Positions 1-14,710 of a stretch of DNA of 64,000 nucleotides are shown one piece after another. Numbering within the stretch: the first letter of the stretch is position 1; each line of letters begins with the position of its first letter. The notes under the pieces were generated by a model, which saw only the letters and a list, made by a program, of their open reading frames with translations, made no database searches and had not been told where the DNA came from. The stretch comes from Chrysomallon squamiferum. Taxonomy: Eukaryota; Animalia; Mollusca. The translations under genes and the position numbers were made by a program. Where the stretch lies: the NCBI GenBank assembly GCA_012295275.1, contig CM022672.1, forward strand, positions 2,294,001 to 2,358,000. Reading direction: 5' to 3'.

Positions 1-847
1 GCTATACGATTGGCAAAGACAGCATCCCTCTGCAGGATATGTTCAACAGGCCGTCGTTTATTCAGAGGGATCCTGACAAGGTTAACGGCATCTTGCACGG
101 TTTACTCAAAGACGTGTCGCAGAAAGCCGACAGATTCTTCAGTCTTGGAATTACTGATCATCTGTTTGAGCAAATGAATGACAGTCTGTCAGGTACATTA
201 TGTTATTCTGCAATCTCTTTTCTTGTAATAATATAGTTTTTGATTAAAATACATATAATACATACTGTCAAATCTCAGCAGCCATTATTTTGGTTAATTT
301 CGATATCAGATGCAGAAACATAACAATGCCACAAAGGACATATTATTTCTCTTTTGATCCACTGTCATTTTGTTTTTCGAATCTTTTACTGGAAAGTCGT
401 ATTCATTTTAATGCACAGAATACGTTCTTCACGTTGTAGTAGCTGACTTAAAGTTAAATAATTATTTTTGTGTATTAGAGATATAAAACAAATACTTAAT
501 AAAGAAACACACTTTCTATACAGGACTGAAGCCGATAACAAGACATGATTGTTTTTTTCAGGTTTAGATTTAGCTGCCATCAACATTCAACGTGGACGAG
601 ATCACGGTCTGCCTCCGTACAACGACTACAGAGAAAAATGTGGACAACCACGAATCAGACAACCAGGAACTAACCTCAGCAATGATCAAAAACGGTGCAA
701 AAGTTTCTTAGTGTTTACAGGTAGGATTTATAATTATGTAATATAAATTTATATTTTTGCATCTAGGAATGTATGTTTATATTATGAATTTTAGGATTTG
801 AATATTCTCTGCCTTATGTAAGTCATCTATGAATGTATATATATACA

Positions 848-883
<36 letters not shown>

Positions 884-1569
884 TGTATGTATGTATGTAT
901 GTATGTATGTATCATATTATATTCATGCATACAAACGTGCATCTTTGTGAATAAATCCAAGTGCATATCTATCTCTGTATTATGTGTACATGGTTTATAA
1001 TAGTTATATTACATAAACAGCTTGGAAATATTAAAGATGGTGATTCACATAACAACAAGAAGGATGTCTCTCAGATTGTACATAATAAATAGCATCATAA
1101 ATATAAACACAGCCCATAAGATTTGAAAAACCAATAAACGATATCGGGCATACATATAATTTTGAGGTGAACTAATAATATTGGAATATTTGTTCTTAAC
1201 CTGAAGCGCATTTCATACACTGATTCAGACAGAAGCGACTGCTAACCGGGTTCATGGACAAGTCAGTTCAGTTTTATTATCAGTCATTAAATTGGAAAGA
1301 ATGTCTTATAATGCATGTTTGAATAAAAACAGCAGAACTAGGTCGGGTAGTAAGAGATCGGGAAGTTACATTCCTTGCTTGTAATTTATTATAATATATA
1401 TATAAATACCTTTAAAATTAATATATTTCAGTTTAATTTAAGTATCTTCGCAGCTTACATACACATGGATAGATCTAAAGTTTTTGTATCTAATATGAAA
1501 ATTTACGTATTTATAAATATAAATTTACTGTTACATGAATAACTGAATATAATCGCACATAGATTAAAT

Positions 1570-1650
<81 letters not shown>

Positions 1651-3109
1651 GCAAGATGACATAAACAAAAATACACGTTTGTTTTGAAAGTAATAGTTAC
1701 AATCACTGAAAATCTAATTTAAAGTTGATATATTTTTTCATTGATTATAACAGCCACATAGACGATGTCGACCTCTTCACAGGATCACTGTCAGAGACAC
1801 CTGTTTCTGATGCCATGATTGGCCCAACTTTCATTTGCATTATAGCCGACTGTTTCCGCAGCTTAAAGTTTGGAGATCGTTTCTGGTACCAAAACAGAAA
1901 AGGCGTTGCTGCTTTTACATCAGGTGAACATGGAATAAATTGCCTAATAATTTATATGCGAAATACATCATTTATTTTGGTATATCAACATAATATTCTA
2001 ACTCGAAAATAAAATAAAATTCCTGATAAATTTATATGGCAACAAGGAAATTTAATTTTAAATAAATTTATTGTGAAAATTATTAACTAAACACCTTTAA
2101 TTTTTGGTTCTTGAATTTTGAAATATTAAAATTTTATTTACCCATTTAGTGGGCAGGAATGTTACAGTTGCCTTGGTTACCAAATATTTCGAATATTTAG
2201 TATTGTCAGCATAACTTCAGATACTAGTAAAATTGATATACGCAAGAACTAAAATAATATTGCTGTTATTACCAATTCAGTTTATTAAAGCTGATATTTA
2301 CAATGTCATAAAAACAAATACAAACATTCACGTACAGATCAGCACACGTACAGACACCAATACAAACACTCACTCATACGCGAACACACGAAATGTTATT
2401 CACCATAGAAGATTTAGACGGTTTTGATATTTTCAGATCAAATACTGGAGCTGCAAAAGATAACGTTATCCAAAGTTCTCTGTGAGACATCTGCAGTTGC
2501 TAATATTCAAATCAGTTCATTTAAAACAGCATCGACAGGGTATGTTTGTTACCTTCTCTACATGTTTTAACAGCTATTTATTTTATTTATTTATTAACTC
2601 CACAACAACTAATTTAAACAGCCATGCTAATATATTCTAGTATAGTAGTTTAAAAAAAAAAAAAAAAAAAAAAAAAGAAGTTAATAATAGGCTCGTAATC
2701 CCTGAACAAGAATCCTTTAATAGATATAGAATTTATTTCACATTTATCAATGTTGAAAACTGATTTAATTTATAAGATTGGCGTGATTAACTGATTTCAG
2801 AATTAAAATTAATCTTAACTGTAACTGATGTTTACAGCATAATAATAATTTATTTATTTCTTATTCGTATAAAATCTTAAATTTTTATTTTCATCTACAA
2901 GATGTGAATTAGGAATAAATTTATTATTCGTATAACATCAGAATATCTCCGTTAACTGTAACGTAACACAATCATAGGTATATAAACGCCATCCTTTTTA
3001 AAAATAATTTATTTATTTATTTAATTATTTATTTATTTGCAGTAATCCAGTGGTTCCTTGCTCTCAGCTTCCCATGATTGATTTGAGCAAATGGAGAGAT
3101 TTGTTATAA
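1..3109 (+). CDS. Animal heme peroxidase (chorion peroxidase/peroxinectin-like), 3' part only; contains an apparent 1-nt frameshift (assembly error or pseudogene)
   Basis: Exons <1-192, 562-720, 1754-1923, 2437-2539, 3043-3109 (TAA 3107-3109), all GT-AG. Motifs: [98 protein letters not shown]. The phase at the 720/1754 junction only works if one base is added in 686-720. Confidence 0.9.
1571..1647. repeat. (CT)n microsatellite
   Basis: Perfect dinucleotide run. Confidence 0.95.
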
Positions 3110-3269
3110 TGTGAAAGTGCTGTTATTTACATTTGTTTTGAATATATATTGACTGGCAGTATGGTAACATATCTGCTTTACTTTCTGTTTACATATAGAT
3201 AATATAAAATATGGTTGAAATTAATATAATGCTTGCTTCAGCATATACTTGGTTAAATTATATGTGCTT

Positions 3270-3275
3270 AATAAA
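3270..3275 (+). terminator. Candidate polyadenylation signal of peroxidase 1
   Basis: AATAAA about 160 nt downstream of the stop, followed by a T-rich tract. Confidence 0.45.
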
Positions 3276-3355
3276 GGCTTAATATTATATTTCTTTTCTT
3301 GTAATTTTTAAAAAGTTAGAATCCATGTGTGAGCAATGATTCTTATGTGAACAGG

Positions 3356-3476
<121 letters not shown>

Positions 3477-6400
3477 GAATTGAAAACAACAGTTACCTTT
3501 TCTGAAGACGACAATTTATAATCAACGAATTAGAAACGGCTATTAAGTAATATCTCGTATTCTAAATTCTAATTTTTATTATTATTTATTTGTTTTTTTA
3601 ATGGGTCTGCAGATTTATATTTGAACGTAATGAAAAATGATTTATTCTGTATCAACGACAGAATTCCTAACGACCAGGATAAAACCGTTGTATTATACCA
3701 CAGAACTAAAACAGACAATATAACATATAACATTGCCCAATTACACAGCAAGACAAACAGCAGCCCGTGTGGCACATTACCTCATAAAACTAACACAAGC
3801 TGGGTTTTGCTTTCTCGGCTGTTGACAGTCAGTATTTGACATCACTTCTCTCTCAATTTTCCTTTAGTATCCCTGTCTGTTGACAGTAACCAATAAGATT
3901 AGAAGGTCACCATTAGGGTAAGTGAAAGTTTGTCAAGATTATTGTCGGAAAGTCGGTGTTAAGCCTATATGCTTATCCATGTCATCTTGTCGATGAATGA
4001 AGAGTAATGTATACTAGGTACACAGCATGTAGGTAACTCTGTCAGATTCTGTTAATGAAGGAATCTGATATACATCAGAAAATGGCGATTATATTCAAAA
4101 CCTTTATCTAGATACCATGTTATTTATCAGATTTTAAGTTACCTACTTAATAAAATGTTAACAACTATTTACATAATTTGAATAACGCGCGTTCAGTCAA
4201 AAAATCTTACCAACAATTTATATAATTTGAATAGTCCGGCGTTCAGTTTAAGAATATTGCCTGAAGAAAATATGCGTCAATGATTTTCTTAATACTAAAA
4301 TCTTAATGATTATACTGGTGTTCTTGTTGTTTCTGTTAATAGGGACGTTTGTACATGCGTACAAAGAATACCTGAATGAATCCTTTATGATGCTATAAGG
4401 CATTTCTGTAATGAATAGTCAGCTGTCAAAATACACAGATTTGTTATGATGGTATTGGGGGAAAAAAAATCTCTTTTATGCAGTAACAGGAAACGATTAT
4501 AAATAGTCATAGTGAACTGGTTGAAACGGGAATAGCCCAGTGGGAGCATGAATATTACTGACTGATCCAACGACGAGTCACATTCACGATGCCTTAAATA
4601 TTCAGTTTGTTTGATTGCAAATGATTTGAGAACCTATGCTGAGATACTGTAATGGAATATAAAACTCTCTCTCTCTATGTAAATTTTTACTTGTTAACAA
4701 TATATGGAGCAGTAAATTCAAATCCTAGTAGCATTCAACACATATATTTTCTCTCCATAAAAACAAATAAATAATAATTCAAAATAAAACAAAGATAAAC
4801 AAACACAAACAAAAACAAAACATCATATTAAGAACAAACTATCGTGAACAAACACGAAGGAAATTACGAAACAGACAACTGCAAGAAGCAAACACACAGA
4901 ACAACAGGAAAACAAATAAAATAAAATATAATAAAATTATTTTTTTAAAAAGAGGAAAATAAAATAAACAAACAATAAAAATGAGAGAAATACTGAAACT
5001 AATCAGGCAGCCAACTAACCAAGCAAAAACACTAATGACAAGAAAAAAAAAAAAAAAACAAGATATATTATATGTATATATGTAATCACAACCTTAGCAT
5101 TAAAATCCCTACTGTCTGGGCCATACAATAATTTATAATCATCTGTATTACCCTTTCTCCCATTACAACTTAATATTTCACACTTTTAACACTTACGTAA
5201 TCTGGGGTCGTCATCTTCCTTTGATTTTAGGATCAGTTATTCAGACAACCTTTCAACATTTACGACTTTGTCTTGTACCTAATAACACTTCCAGAATATA
5301 ACCTGTGGAAGTTTTGACGTGTGTTCATAATTTATTTAAATTTACATATTTAGCAACTTGTGTTTTTGTTTATGGATGCTCTATTTTAGACGTTGTTTAT
5401 TTTATTTAGGAAACGAAATTACCAATATACACAAACAACATTATTAAAGGTATAGAGAAGTTCCTCTATAAAATTTTTTTTTTTTGAACTAGACTATTTA
5501 CTCGCAACAAGAAATATAAATCAATGATGATTTATATTATTATTTAAATGATATGTCTTTCACTTTTCACACAACATTCCTTCATCCGCCGAGGTCTCAA
5601 AAAAGTAACAGACATACACACGCACGTACTCTTATTTCCACACACACAAAAATTCACATACACACACATTAGTTGTTTTATATACGATACAAAAGCCCAC
5701 ACATTATAAATTCTTGTCTGCATTTCTTTTTAATATATCAAAATTAAAAAAATCAAAAATTTAAAAACTAAAAATAATGCCTCAATGAAGTTGTCATGAA
5801 TCTCATTTAAGATATGTAGAATATCGGCCAGTGTCTGGTCAGTCACGTTTATTGTCCCCGTATTTCGCGTCCAGTCCCATCTTTCTGATTCATGTGTTCA
5901 TAAATATTTATTGGTCCGACATTGAGGTGGATCAGCTCCACGGGGAACCGTCATTTCCGAAGCATGTTCTATGGCCGCAAAGATTAACCGGACAATTATT
6001 TAAAGCAACCAGACTTCAGCAACGTTTATTGCACCTGTAATCCACAAGCACAGCGAAAAGTCTGTCGCCTTTTATCGGTTATTTAGCATTTTTAATGCTC
6101 ATAAAAATTGGCTACAAAATGTGTAATGAAATAGGAAGGGAAATACTGAAAGCGATAGTTTGGTAGGACGCTGTCAAGCCAAGTCGAAGGCTTACGGAAT
6201 TTTGGGCTCTTACCTCTGGTTTTTCTGCCGACTTCCCATCCAAAAAAAAAAAAAAAAGGAACAGAAAGAAAAAGAATCATTAGATCTTTATAGATCCTTA
6301 TGGGCTTTTTTGTTTTTTGTTACTTATATTATATCCAGTCTCAGAGATTTTGTTGTATGTCTATATATAAAATTTAGACAAATATTAGGATGTTTATTTT

Positions 6401-6668
6401 TACGTATAATTTTAAATAAATTTCTTTCTGCTTTGACGATTTGTATTGATATGGATATCTTTACGGAAATTAATATAAGAACTACTTGTTTATAAAAGAA
6501 AAAAGAAAGAAGAAAAAAAATCCCGGTCCATTTTGATTCAAATACTGTTACTTTCATTACATTTCATGCATATATGTGTGTGTGTGTATGTATATGTATA
6601 TATGATTATGTATATGTGTGTGTGTGTATATATATATATGTATGTATATGTATGTTTTTATATGTATC

Positions 6669-6708
<40 letters not shown>

Positions 6709-6821
6709 AGTGTGTGTGTGTTTTGTGATTGATAATTTGACACTTTACTGATAAAATAAGAATGAATTAAATTTTTCATAAGATTTTGCTTTCGCTAACA
6801 GGAGTACCGTTAAAAGATAGA

Positions 6822-6823
<2 letters not shown>

Positions 6824-6898
<75 letters not shown>
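6824..6898. repeat. (GA)n microsatellite
   Basis: Perfect dinucleotide run. Confidence 0.95.
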
Positions 6899-6901
<3 letters not shown>

Positions 6902-7821
6902 TAAAAAGGAATTGCGAAAAAAAAGAGAAAAATAAAAAAAGAACATGAAACAGAGAACTTGAGATAAAACTAACAACAAAATGAGATAAAAGAACGAGAA
7001 GGACAGTCTGGAAAGGGAGAGAAGGACAGTATGGAAAGGGAGAGAAAATAAAAAAAGAAATACAGACGAATATTAAATACGTGTAAATATCAATCAACGC
7101 CGATTAGTCGTTAAAGATCAATATAAAAGAAATTTCAAAAAGCGGAAACAATAAAAAATCAAATCTGGAGACTGCACGGTAATAAAAATAACCTGTTTAT
7201 GTTACCACTCAGATGTTTTATCCGTCAGAAACTACGCGGGAAGCTGCTATAACAGTGTGAACAATCACCAGGTACTGGTTAAGTTTTAGTCTTTAGTTTT
7301 CTGATCGTTTGATTCACCCTGTCGCAAGAATCATATTCGCTTCTTTATTTTAGTTAAGCAATTCTTTGTTTTACTGATTGATTAATAGTAACAAAGTCTA
7401 AGTGTCTGTTTATACATATATATTTGTATATATTTTGCAGGCGTCTCTATTAGTATGTCTCTCTATCTGTATGTTTATTTACTTTCTAAATAAATAAATA
7501 ATATTTTAATAATATATAATCTTCAGTAAAGATTTATTGTATTGCTGGGTATAAATATTGTAACAGCAATAATAACAAAAACAATATTAATAAGATTATA
7601 ATAATAATAACTGATGATGATAATAATAATAATGATGATGATGATGATACTAACGATAATGATGATGACAAAGATCTTCATCAAATAATCATAATGTATT
7701 AATAATATATTTTGTGACTTCTTTTAACTTCAGGTTTTATATATTTAATAACTATTCCAAATATCCAGGTTATATTTATATACATATATAAAGTCTAAAT
7801 GATCATTTTCTCTTTCTAGCC

Positions 7822-10800
7822 ATGTCGTCGTGGTTTGTCGTCACTGTTCTGTTCGTCGTCAGTGCTGTCGTGCACTGTGACTATTTTGATGACTACATCA
7901 AAACGCCATTCGATGAGTTCGGTAAGATGTAACAAATATGTATTCTCACTTGAATGTAATTCTCTTGGCTTTTGTCCGTCATTAACTTGCTTATACAGTT
8001 AAAATATCAAGAAAGTTACGCTGTGAGTAGAAGATATTCTTGGAATTGTGATATCTGTGACATTTTAATAGAAACACGCTCTGGAAGGAGAATAAAATAC
8101 AGCACTGCATTTAGCGGGTTATAATTTGTGGATGAGCTGAAAAATCAACGAAAACAATCTTTTATATTTCTAATAAATGATGAGAAAGTATGTCGTTAAA
8201 CTTATGTATTGCCACAAATTTCTAAATTATCAGCTCAGATATTTCAGATACGTAATGTTTGAAATACTCAAAACGTATACAATTTCTTCATTAGTATTAA
8301 CTGAGTGATCTGCAAGGATTAGTTTGCTGTTTTCTTTATCCTGTGATTAGAAGTTTTATTTTCGCAGGTTATCCTATAACAAGTGACAGAGTCGCGGAGA
8401 TGGCGGCGATGAAATCTACGAAACTGGGATACGGCATTGGAGAAGCAACGTTTGCTTTCCACAGGGATCCATACAACGACGCCTACATGCGACACAGGTT
8501 CAAACGAGCGTGAGTAAGATAGAAAACTCTGTGATAAAAAAAACAACAAAAAAAAAAAAAAAAAAAAAAGAAAAAAACAACAAAAACGATCAAACAAAAC
8601 AAAACGACAACGAAAATCAATAATAATAGTAAAGTTCTGTTCTGGATTTGCAGATTACACTTGGCGTATTGACAGAACATTGTTAAATCTCATAATGTCG
8701 TGTTATTTTAAGAATGAAGTTCGGAGCTAATTACTTTAATGTTTCTAAATATCCTAATGCATTGAAAACAAAGAAGCTAAAATCCAGATTTCATATAAAT
8801 ATCGATCTAGAAATAAAAAGTACAACCCCCCAAAAATAACTATTTCAAAAAGAATTACCCCTAATAAAGTAGAAAAAAGTTGGATCAAACTGAATCTTTA
8901 CTCGGCCATCAAACTGTTTAAGTTTCTATGTAATTTCATTTACAGTGCAGTCTTCAGCGATTTCCCGCAGTTTTCTTCTCATCAAGAAACATTCAACCAG
9001 GACGCTTTCAGCAACGATCCTTTTGGTCCGCAGGATCCTTTCCAAGGCAACTTCGCGAACGTCAACGACAAGATGCCATTCTTGAAGGACCCCGTGAAGG
9101 ATCCATTTAGAAATCGAGCAGCATCATTTGGAAAATTCTCCTCCGGTTCTCTGCCCTCGGGACTCTCTGGCTTCTCTTGCGCTGAAGACCAGATTACGTG
9201 CGATTCCAACGTCAAATACAGGACTTACGACGGTCATTGTAATAACATCAACAACCCAAAATGGGGAGCATCAATGCAGCCAGTTGCCAGACTTTTAGAC
9301 CCACAGTATACAGACAGTAGGCCGAATTACATTTATACAAAAATTAGATATTTGAAATACATTCATACTAACTTTAATAAATTACAGTCTGTAGTAATGG
9401 TTTCCTTATGCTGGGTGAGAGATACCCCTCATTCAGATTTTGAAAACGTCAGTTTAAAATGTAATAGAAATGATGATTTGTTTAACGACAGTTTAAAGTT
9501 AGCGTTGGTTTTTCAAGTTGAAACTGGTAATATACAGACAAAGTCTTATTTGCTTATGTAGAAACGGGAATGCCTCGGCTCTACAGTCGATATCCAGATG
9601 CCAATGGAAATTACCCATATCTGCCCACACCCAGGTACGTCAGCCGTCGCATGCTGTTACCTAGCGACAGCAACATGACCTTGCCCGACTTCAGCAACAT
9701 GTTCCAACAATGGGGACAGTTTCTTGACCACGACATCACTGGAACGCCAGTCCATCTTGGTAAGTGAACGTTGTCCACTTAAATAATTGATTTTATGCGT
9801 TGATTATTTGGATAATTGAGACATATTTAAATAGCAGCTTTAAGACACATATTTCAGTAAGAGTTTGATCAGAAAATCTATCTGGAAACAAATTAAAGAG
9901 AGCAGGGAATATAGTGTATCCAGTGACTTAATTTTTTTTTTTTTTTTAATGTGTTACAGCATGTCTAGGATTAATTTTCAATAACTAAAGGAAGGAAAAC
10001 ACATAGGAAATATTGGAAAATCTGTGTTTTATTTATCTATAATATCTGTAGTACTAGTTTATTTTAATATTCTTTTGTTCCAAAAGGTTATTAAACAATA
10101 AACTTAATAAATCCTTGAACAAATGATTATTCAAATTTAGGTCACGATGGAAAAGATTTGAAATGCTGTGAAGGTGTCCGTTTAACTGAGGAAAATCCAC
10201 ATCATCTGCATATCTTCGAGGGGTAAGTTCAAAAGTTCCAAAATAAATTTAAAAATAATTAAAGTGTTTTCTAAAAACAAAATAAATTTAAAAATAATTA
10301 TAGTGTTTTCTATAAACATTACCGTGGATCCACACACATTCGATGTGGAAATTAAACAACTGTAGGACAAAGACTTGTTACAACAGAAATGATAATTTTT
10401 TCTTTCTTTATATAATCGGATTCTTTCTCTCTTTCTTCTCTTTTCTGTTTTTTAATAGCAGACATATTGTTATTTTAGGTTGAAGAATTATCACAAAATG
10501 TATCAAAAGCATATATATCTGAGAAGAAATGAATGTTAAGATGAAATATTTTGAGATTTAAAAAAAAAAAAAAAATTTATTTGATTATTCGTGGATTTAA
10601 TAGACGTAATCTTAGCAAGAGTCACCATGCTTTTTTCATTATATGTAAACAAAATAACATTTTATCATTATATATATACATAATCAATATACTCTTTTTT
10701 CTTCACAGAAAACCGTGTTTCCCAATCTACATTCCACCTGGTGATCGTCATTTTGGTCACAGCTGTATGAACTTCGCTCGTTCACAGGCTGAACCCAGAA

Positions 10801-11070
10801 CACTGAGATGTGGCGAAGGTGACATTTATATAATTGTCATTCACTTACACGCTGTCGTTATCTCTTTTCCATTATCTTCTCTTTTTCTTCTTTTGTTTTG
10901 TTTGTCGACCTGTGATATCACAGTCTCTAACTGAATTAAAAAATAAAAACTTTGTACTGCGCATTATCGGCTGAAAGCTTGGATAATATATTATGTTCAG
11001 TGCATGTGTGCTTTAGCCCTACATTTAATTTATTACATTTTCAGACATATGTATTAGCCCAGAATATTTC

Positions 11071-11142
<72 letters not shown>

Positions 11143-14100
11143 TACACACATTAACTAATTGTTTTTTTTTTTAAATTTAGCCATAAATGTATCCAGGAGT
11201 TATTTTGTAATATGTTAATCTATTTAATTTTTCAATTTGATAAAGTTAAAATATAATAAGCACAATTCTTTCAATATAGATAATACTACATATATTTGGC
11301 TACTTAAAGAACAGTTTACTTAATTTTAACGATGACAACTATATTTAAGTTTTAAAACATTAAAAGTTCTAGCTCTGTATTATTGTAAACAAAAGCGACG
11401 GTTGAAGGATTTTGTTCGTGTTTATTAAATTGTAGGTCGTCGTGAACAGATGAATATGGTGACTGCGTACCACGATGCTTCTCAAGTTTACGGTTCAAGC
11501 AAGAAAGACGTGGACGCACTTCGAGCATTCAATGGACTCGGTACTTATTAAATATATTTATCAAATTTTGTAACCTAAAAGAAACACTGGCTTCAGAAAA
11601 AGAGAATTAATTTTCAAAATTACATGCTCATTTCAAAAGATGTTAAAGAACAAACGTGTTTGTTAATTAGTTAGGAACTTCATTTTATATTTCTAGATTT
11701 CATTACGAGATAACCGTTCCTTTACTTGAATATGTTTTCAATAAATATCTTTCAGGCCAGCTCAGAGTTACTAGAAACAATCTTCTTCCTGTCGACAAAA
11801 ATTCAACTTGTCTCAAAGAACGATTCGGAGACTATTGCTTTAAAGCAGGTAAGCAAACAATTTTGTTATTGTTCTGTTTGAAAGGTTTATATTAGACACT
11901 GTGTACTAAAATGATAGGGATTTACTCAAAACAAAGTGAAATTGGCTATGAATAACATTCTTAATACATACATACGTATGTACATATATACATACATACA
12001 TATATACATACATACATACTACATACGTACGTACCTACATACATACATACATACATAATACATACATACATACATATATACATACATGCATGCATACATA
12101 CATACAGTTAAAAATCGCAAACGATCTTTTTCTTTTTTTAACAAAAGCATCTAAATATTAAAGACTATTGAAAGACAAAACTAAATCATCTGAATTTCAG
12201 TTTGTTTCGTAAAGTAAGATATTTAACCTGTTCAGATATTTTACAATATATGCTGACCAGCATTAACGCCAATTTAAATTCAGGTGACATGCGAGTGAAC
12301 GAACACCCGGGACTAACCACAATGCACACGATGTTCCACCGACAGCACAACAAGATGGCTGCTAATCTGAAACTCGTGAATCCGGGATGGGACGAAGACA
12401 CACTTTTCAGTGAAACTAGAAAAATCATGGGCGCCATCATGCAGCACTTCACGTACTACGAGTGGCTGCCGATGCTTCTCGGTCCAGACATGATGAGCAA
12501 ACTTGGTCTCTCGGTGAAAGGAAGCGTTGACTTCTCTCACTATGACAAGAACTATGCCTATGACTCGTCAATGAACGCCAGAATTATGAACTCATTTGCC
12601 GCAGCCGCTTTCAGGTTCGGACACTCTCTGATTCCCGGATCTTTCTCCATAGGCAACAGAAAAGTTCGTCTCCATCGGCTGTTTAACAGACCTCGTTACA
12701 TCCTGCAGAACAACGGGGACGGAGTTAATCTCATGTGCAGAGGTCTTATTAAGGTTAAAAACTTCAGCTACGTAAATTGTATCAACACGCAATACACGTG
12801 GAACCTTCTCACAGACGCTCGCACGCACACACACACACGTATCCACCCAAATACTGACACTCGTACATTCTTGTCATGACACTTGCACAACATGTTAGCA
12901 AATTACAAAAACGTTTGAGACATATACACAAATAATATCATTTCTGTTTTGTAATGAAGTATGTTGTTGTTGTTTCTTTCCTTAGGATGGCCTTCAGCAT
13001 TTTGACAACTTCTTCACCACATCCATTACTGATCGCCTCTTCGAGGACATGGAGAAACTCAGCCTCGACCTTTGTTCTCTCAACATTCAGCGAGGTCGCG
13101 ACCACGGCCTGCCTCCGTACAACGACTACCGAGAAAAGTGCGGTCTGCCAAGACTCAAAGACTTCAACGAGCTCGTTCATTTCTTCCCTGACCGTGCAAG
13201 ACTTCTCAATCGTGCTTACAGGTAAGTGAAGGAAAAACAAAAACAAATATCTTTGGATGATTTAATTTATAAATTCTGATGATTATCATCATTTGCTTCA
13301 TCACTTATGCCATAATTATCATCATCATCATAATCGTCATCATCGTCGTCGTCGTCAACATCATGGAACTTAACAGTTTCAATCTCTGTTAAATTTGATT
13401 AGGTAATTTGCATGTATTCTTCTTATCTTAAGGCCTCCTTGTTTTCAGACTGTGAACGTTTTGAAACGTCTTTCACTCACATTTCAATTTCTGTTTCAGA
13501 CACGTTGATGACATTGATCTCTTCCCTGGCGCTATCTCAGAAAAGCCAATCGCTGGGGGTCTGGTTGGGCCCACGTTCGCCTGCATCATTGGAGAACAGT
13601 TCAGAAGAATCAAGTTTGGTGACAGATTCTGGCACGAAACTGATGATCAAACAGCTGGGTTTACTCTCGGTGAGTTCTGATTAATAATACTTGTATTTTT
13701 CTCAATGAGTGAATGAATGAATGAATGAATATGTTTTAAGAACTTCAGCTCGGAAATCCCGTTTTTTTACGTGTAAATATTTACTTCACTCAAAACTCTC
13801 AGTCTGGTTTGTAGCCACTGAATTACAGTCATTTTAAATTGATACGGACGAATAGATACACTGGACTGTAATAGACAGATATCTAGATAAAGAGTGTGTG
13901 CTCAATCCTGATTAGAAATAAGAAAAATAAGAAAATAAAAAATTAAAGATCAAAGATAGGAAAGAATGTTTCTAATTTAACAACTCAATACATTTATACG
14001 GTTATAGTCTGTCACACACACAATTAAATACAATAAAGATAAACGCGACTGATCCAGCATTCTGTCTCGTCTCAGTCTATTGTCTCACTGCCGGGAGGAA

Positions 14101-14429
14101 AATAAAACACATTAAAATCATTAACGTTTTTTATATCAGTATATTTTACTCTTAAACAATCATTGTTGTTTTTCTTCCCAGCACAAATTAAGGAAATCAA
14201 GAAGATGAGTTTGGCTAGAATCATTTGTGAAAATACAGATATCAAAGTCATCCAGCATAACGTGTTGCTGCAGCCCGATCCAGTTTTGTAAGTGGATATT
14301 CATTTATACATGTGCCAGTATCATCAGAAGTCAGTTATAATTACCTTTACGAATTAACATGATAACATAATTCCAAATACTACAGCTGTTGCTACTATTA
14401 CTATAACTATTATTAATACCATCATCAGC

Positions 14430-14465
<36 letters not shown>

Positions 14466-14710
14466 GCTGTTGTTGTTATTGTTATTATTGTTGTTACTGT
14501 TGTTATTATTGTTGCTATTATTGTTGCTGTTGCTGTTATTATTATTATTATTATTTTTGTTGTTATTATTGTTACTGTTGCTGTTGTTGTTGTTGTTGTT
14601 GTTGCCTTTATTGTTATTATTATTTCAGCAACCCATACGTGGACTGCAGTCAGATACCTGACATCAATCTGTACGCGTGGAGATCGGACTCCGCTCAGAG
14701 CAGATTCTAA
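7822..14710 (+). CDS. Secreted animal heme peroxidase (chorion peroxidase/peroxinectin-like), complete, about 754 aa
   Basis: 13 phase-consistent GT-AG exons: 7822-7921, 8368-8509, 8946-9316, 9562-9759, 10141-10222, 10709-10818, 11436-11540, 11756-11848, 12284-12753, 12986-13221, 13500-13669, 14182-14287, 14629-14710 (2265 nt). Signal peptide MSSWFVVTVLFVVSAVVHC; YRTYDGHCNN; distal QWGQFLDHD; Ca-site REQMNMVTAYHDASQVYGS; distal GDMRVNEH; proximal FRFGHS; NIQRGRDHG; GDRFWHE. Confidence 0.95.
14431..14623. repeat. (TTA/TTG)n trinucleotide tract in the last peroxidase intron
   Basis: Imperfect trinucleotide run; source of the spurious poly-Leu ORF. Confidence 0.9.

Noticed and set aside
684-695. 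Programmed -1 ribosomal frameshift as the explanation for the peroxidase 1 frame break
   Set aside because: There is no in-frame X XXY YYZ heptamer or evident downstream structure; a homopolymer error is simpler.
4160-10312. Short two-copy tandem duplications (about 4160-4258 and 10240-10312) as CRISPR-like or functional repeats
   Set aside because: There are only two adjacent AT-rich copies and no spacers, in eukaryotic context; these are ordinary slippage duplications.
14699-14710. C-terminal SRF of peroxidase 2 as a peroxisomal targeting signal
   Set aside because: It is non-canonical, and the protein has a clear signal peptide.
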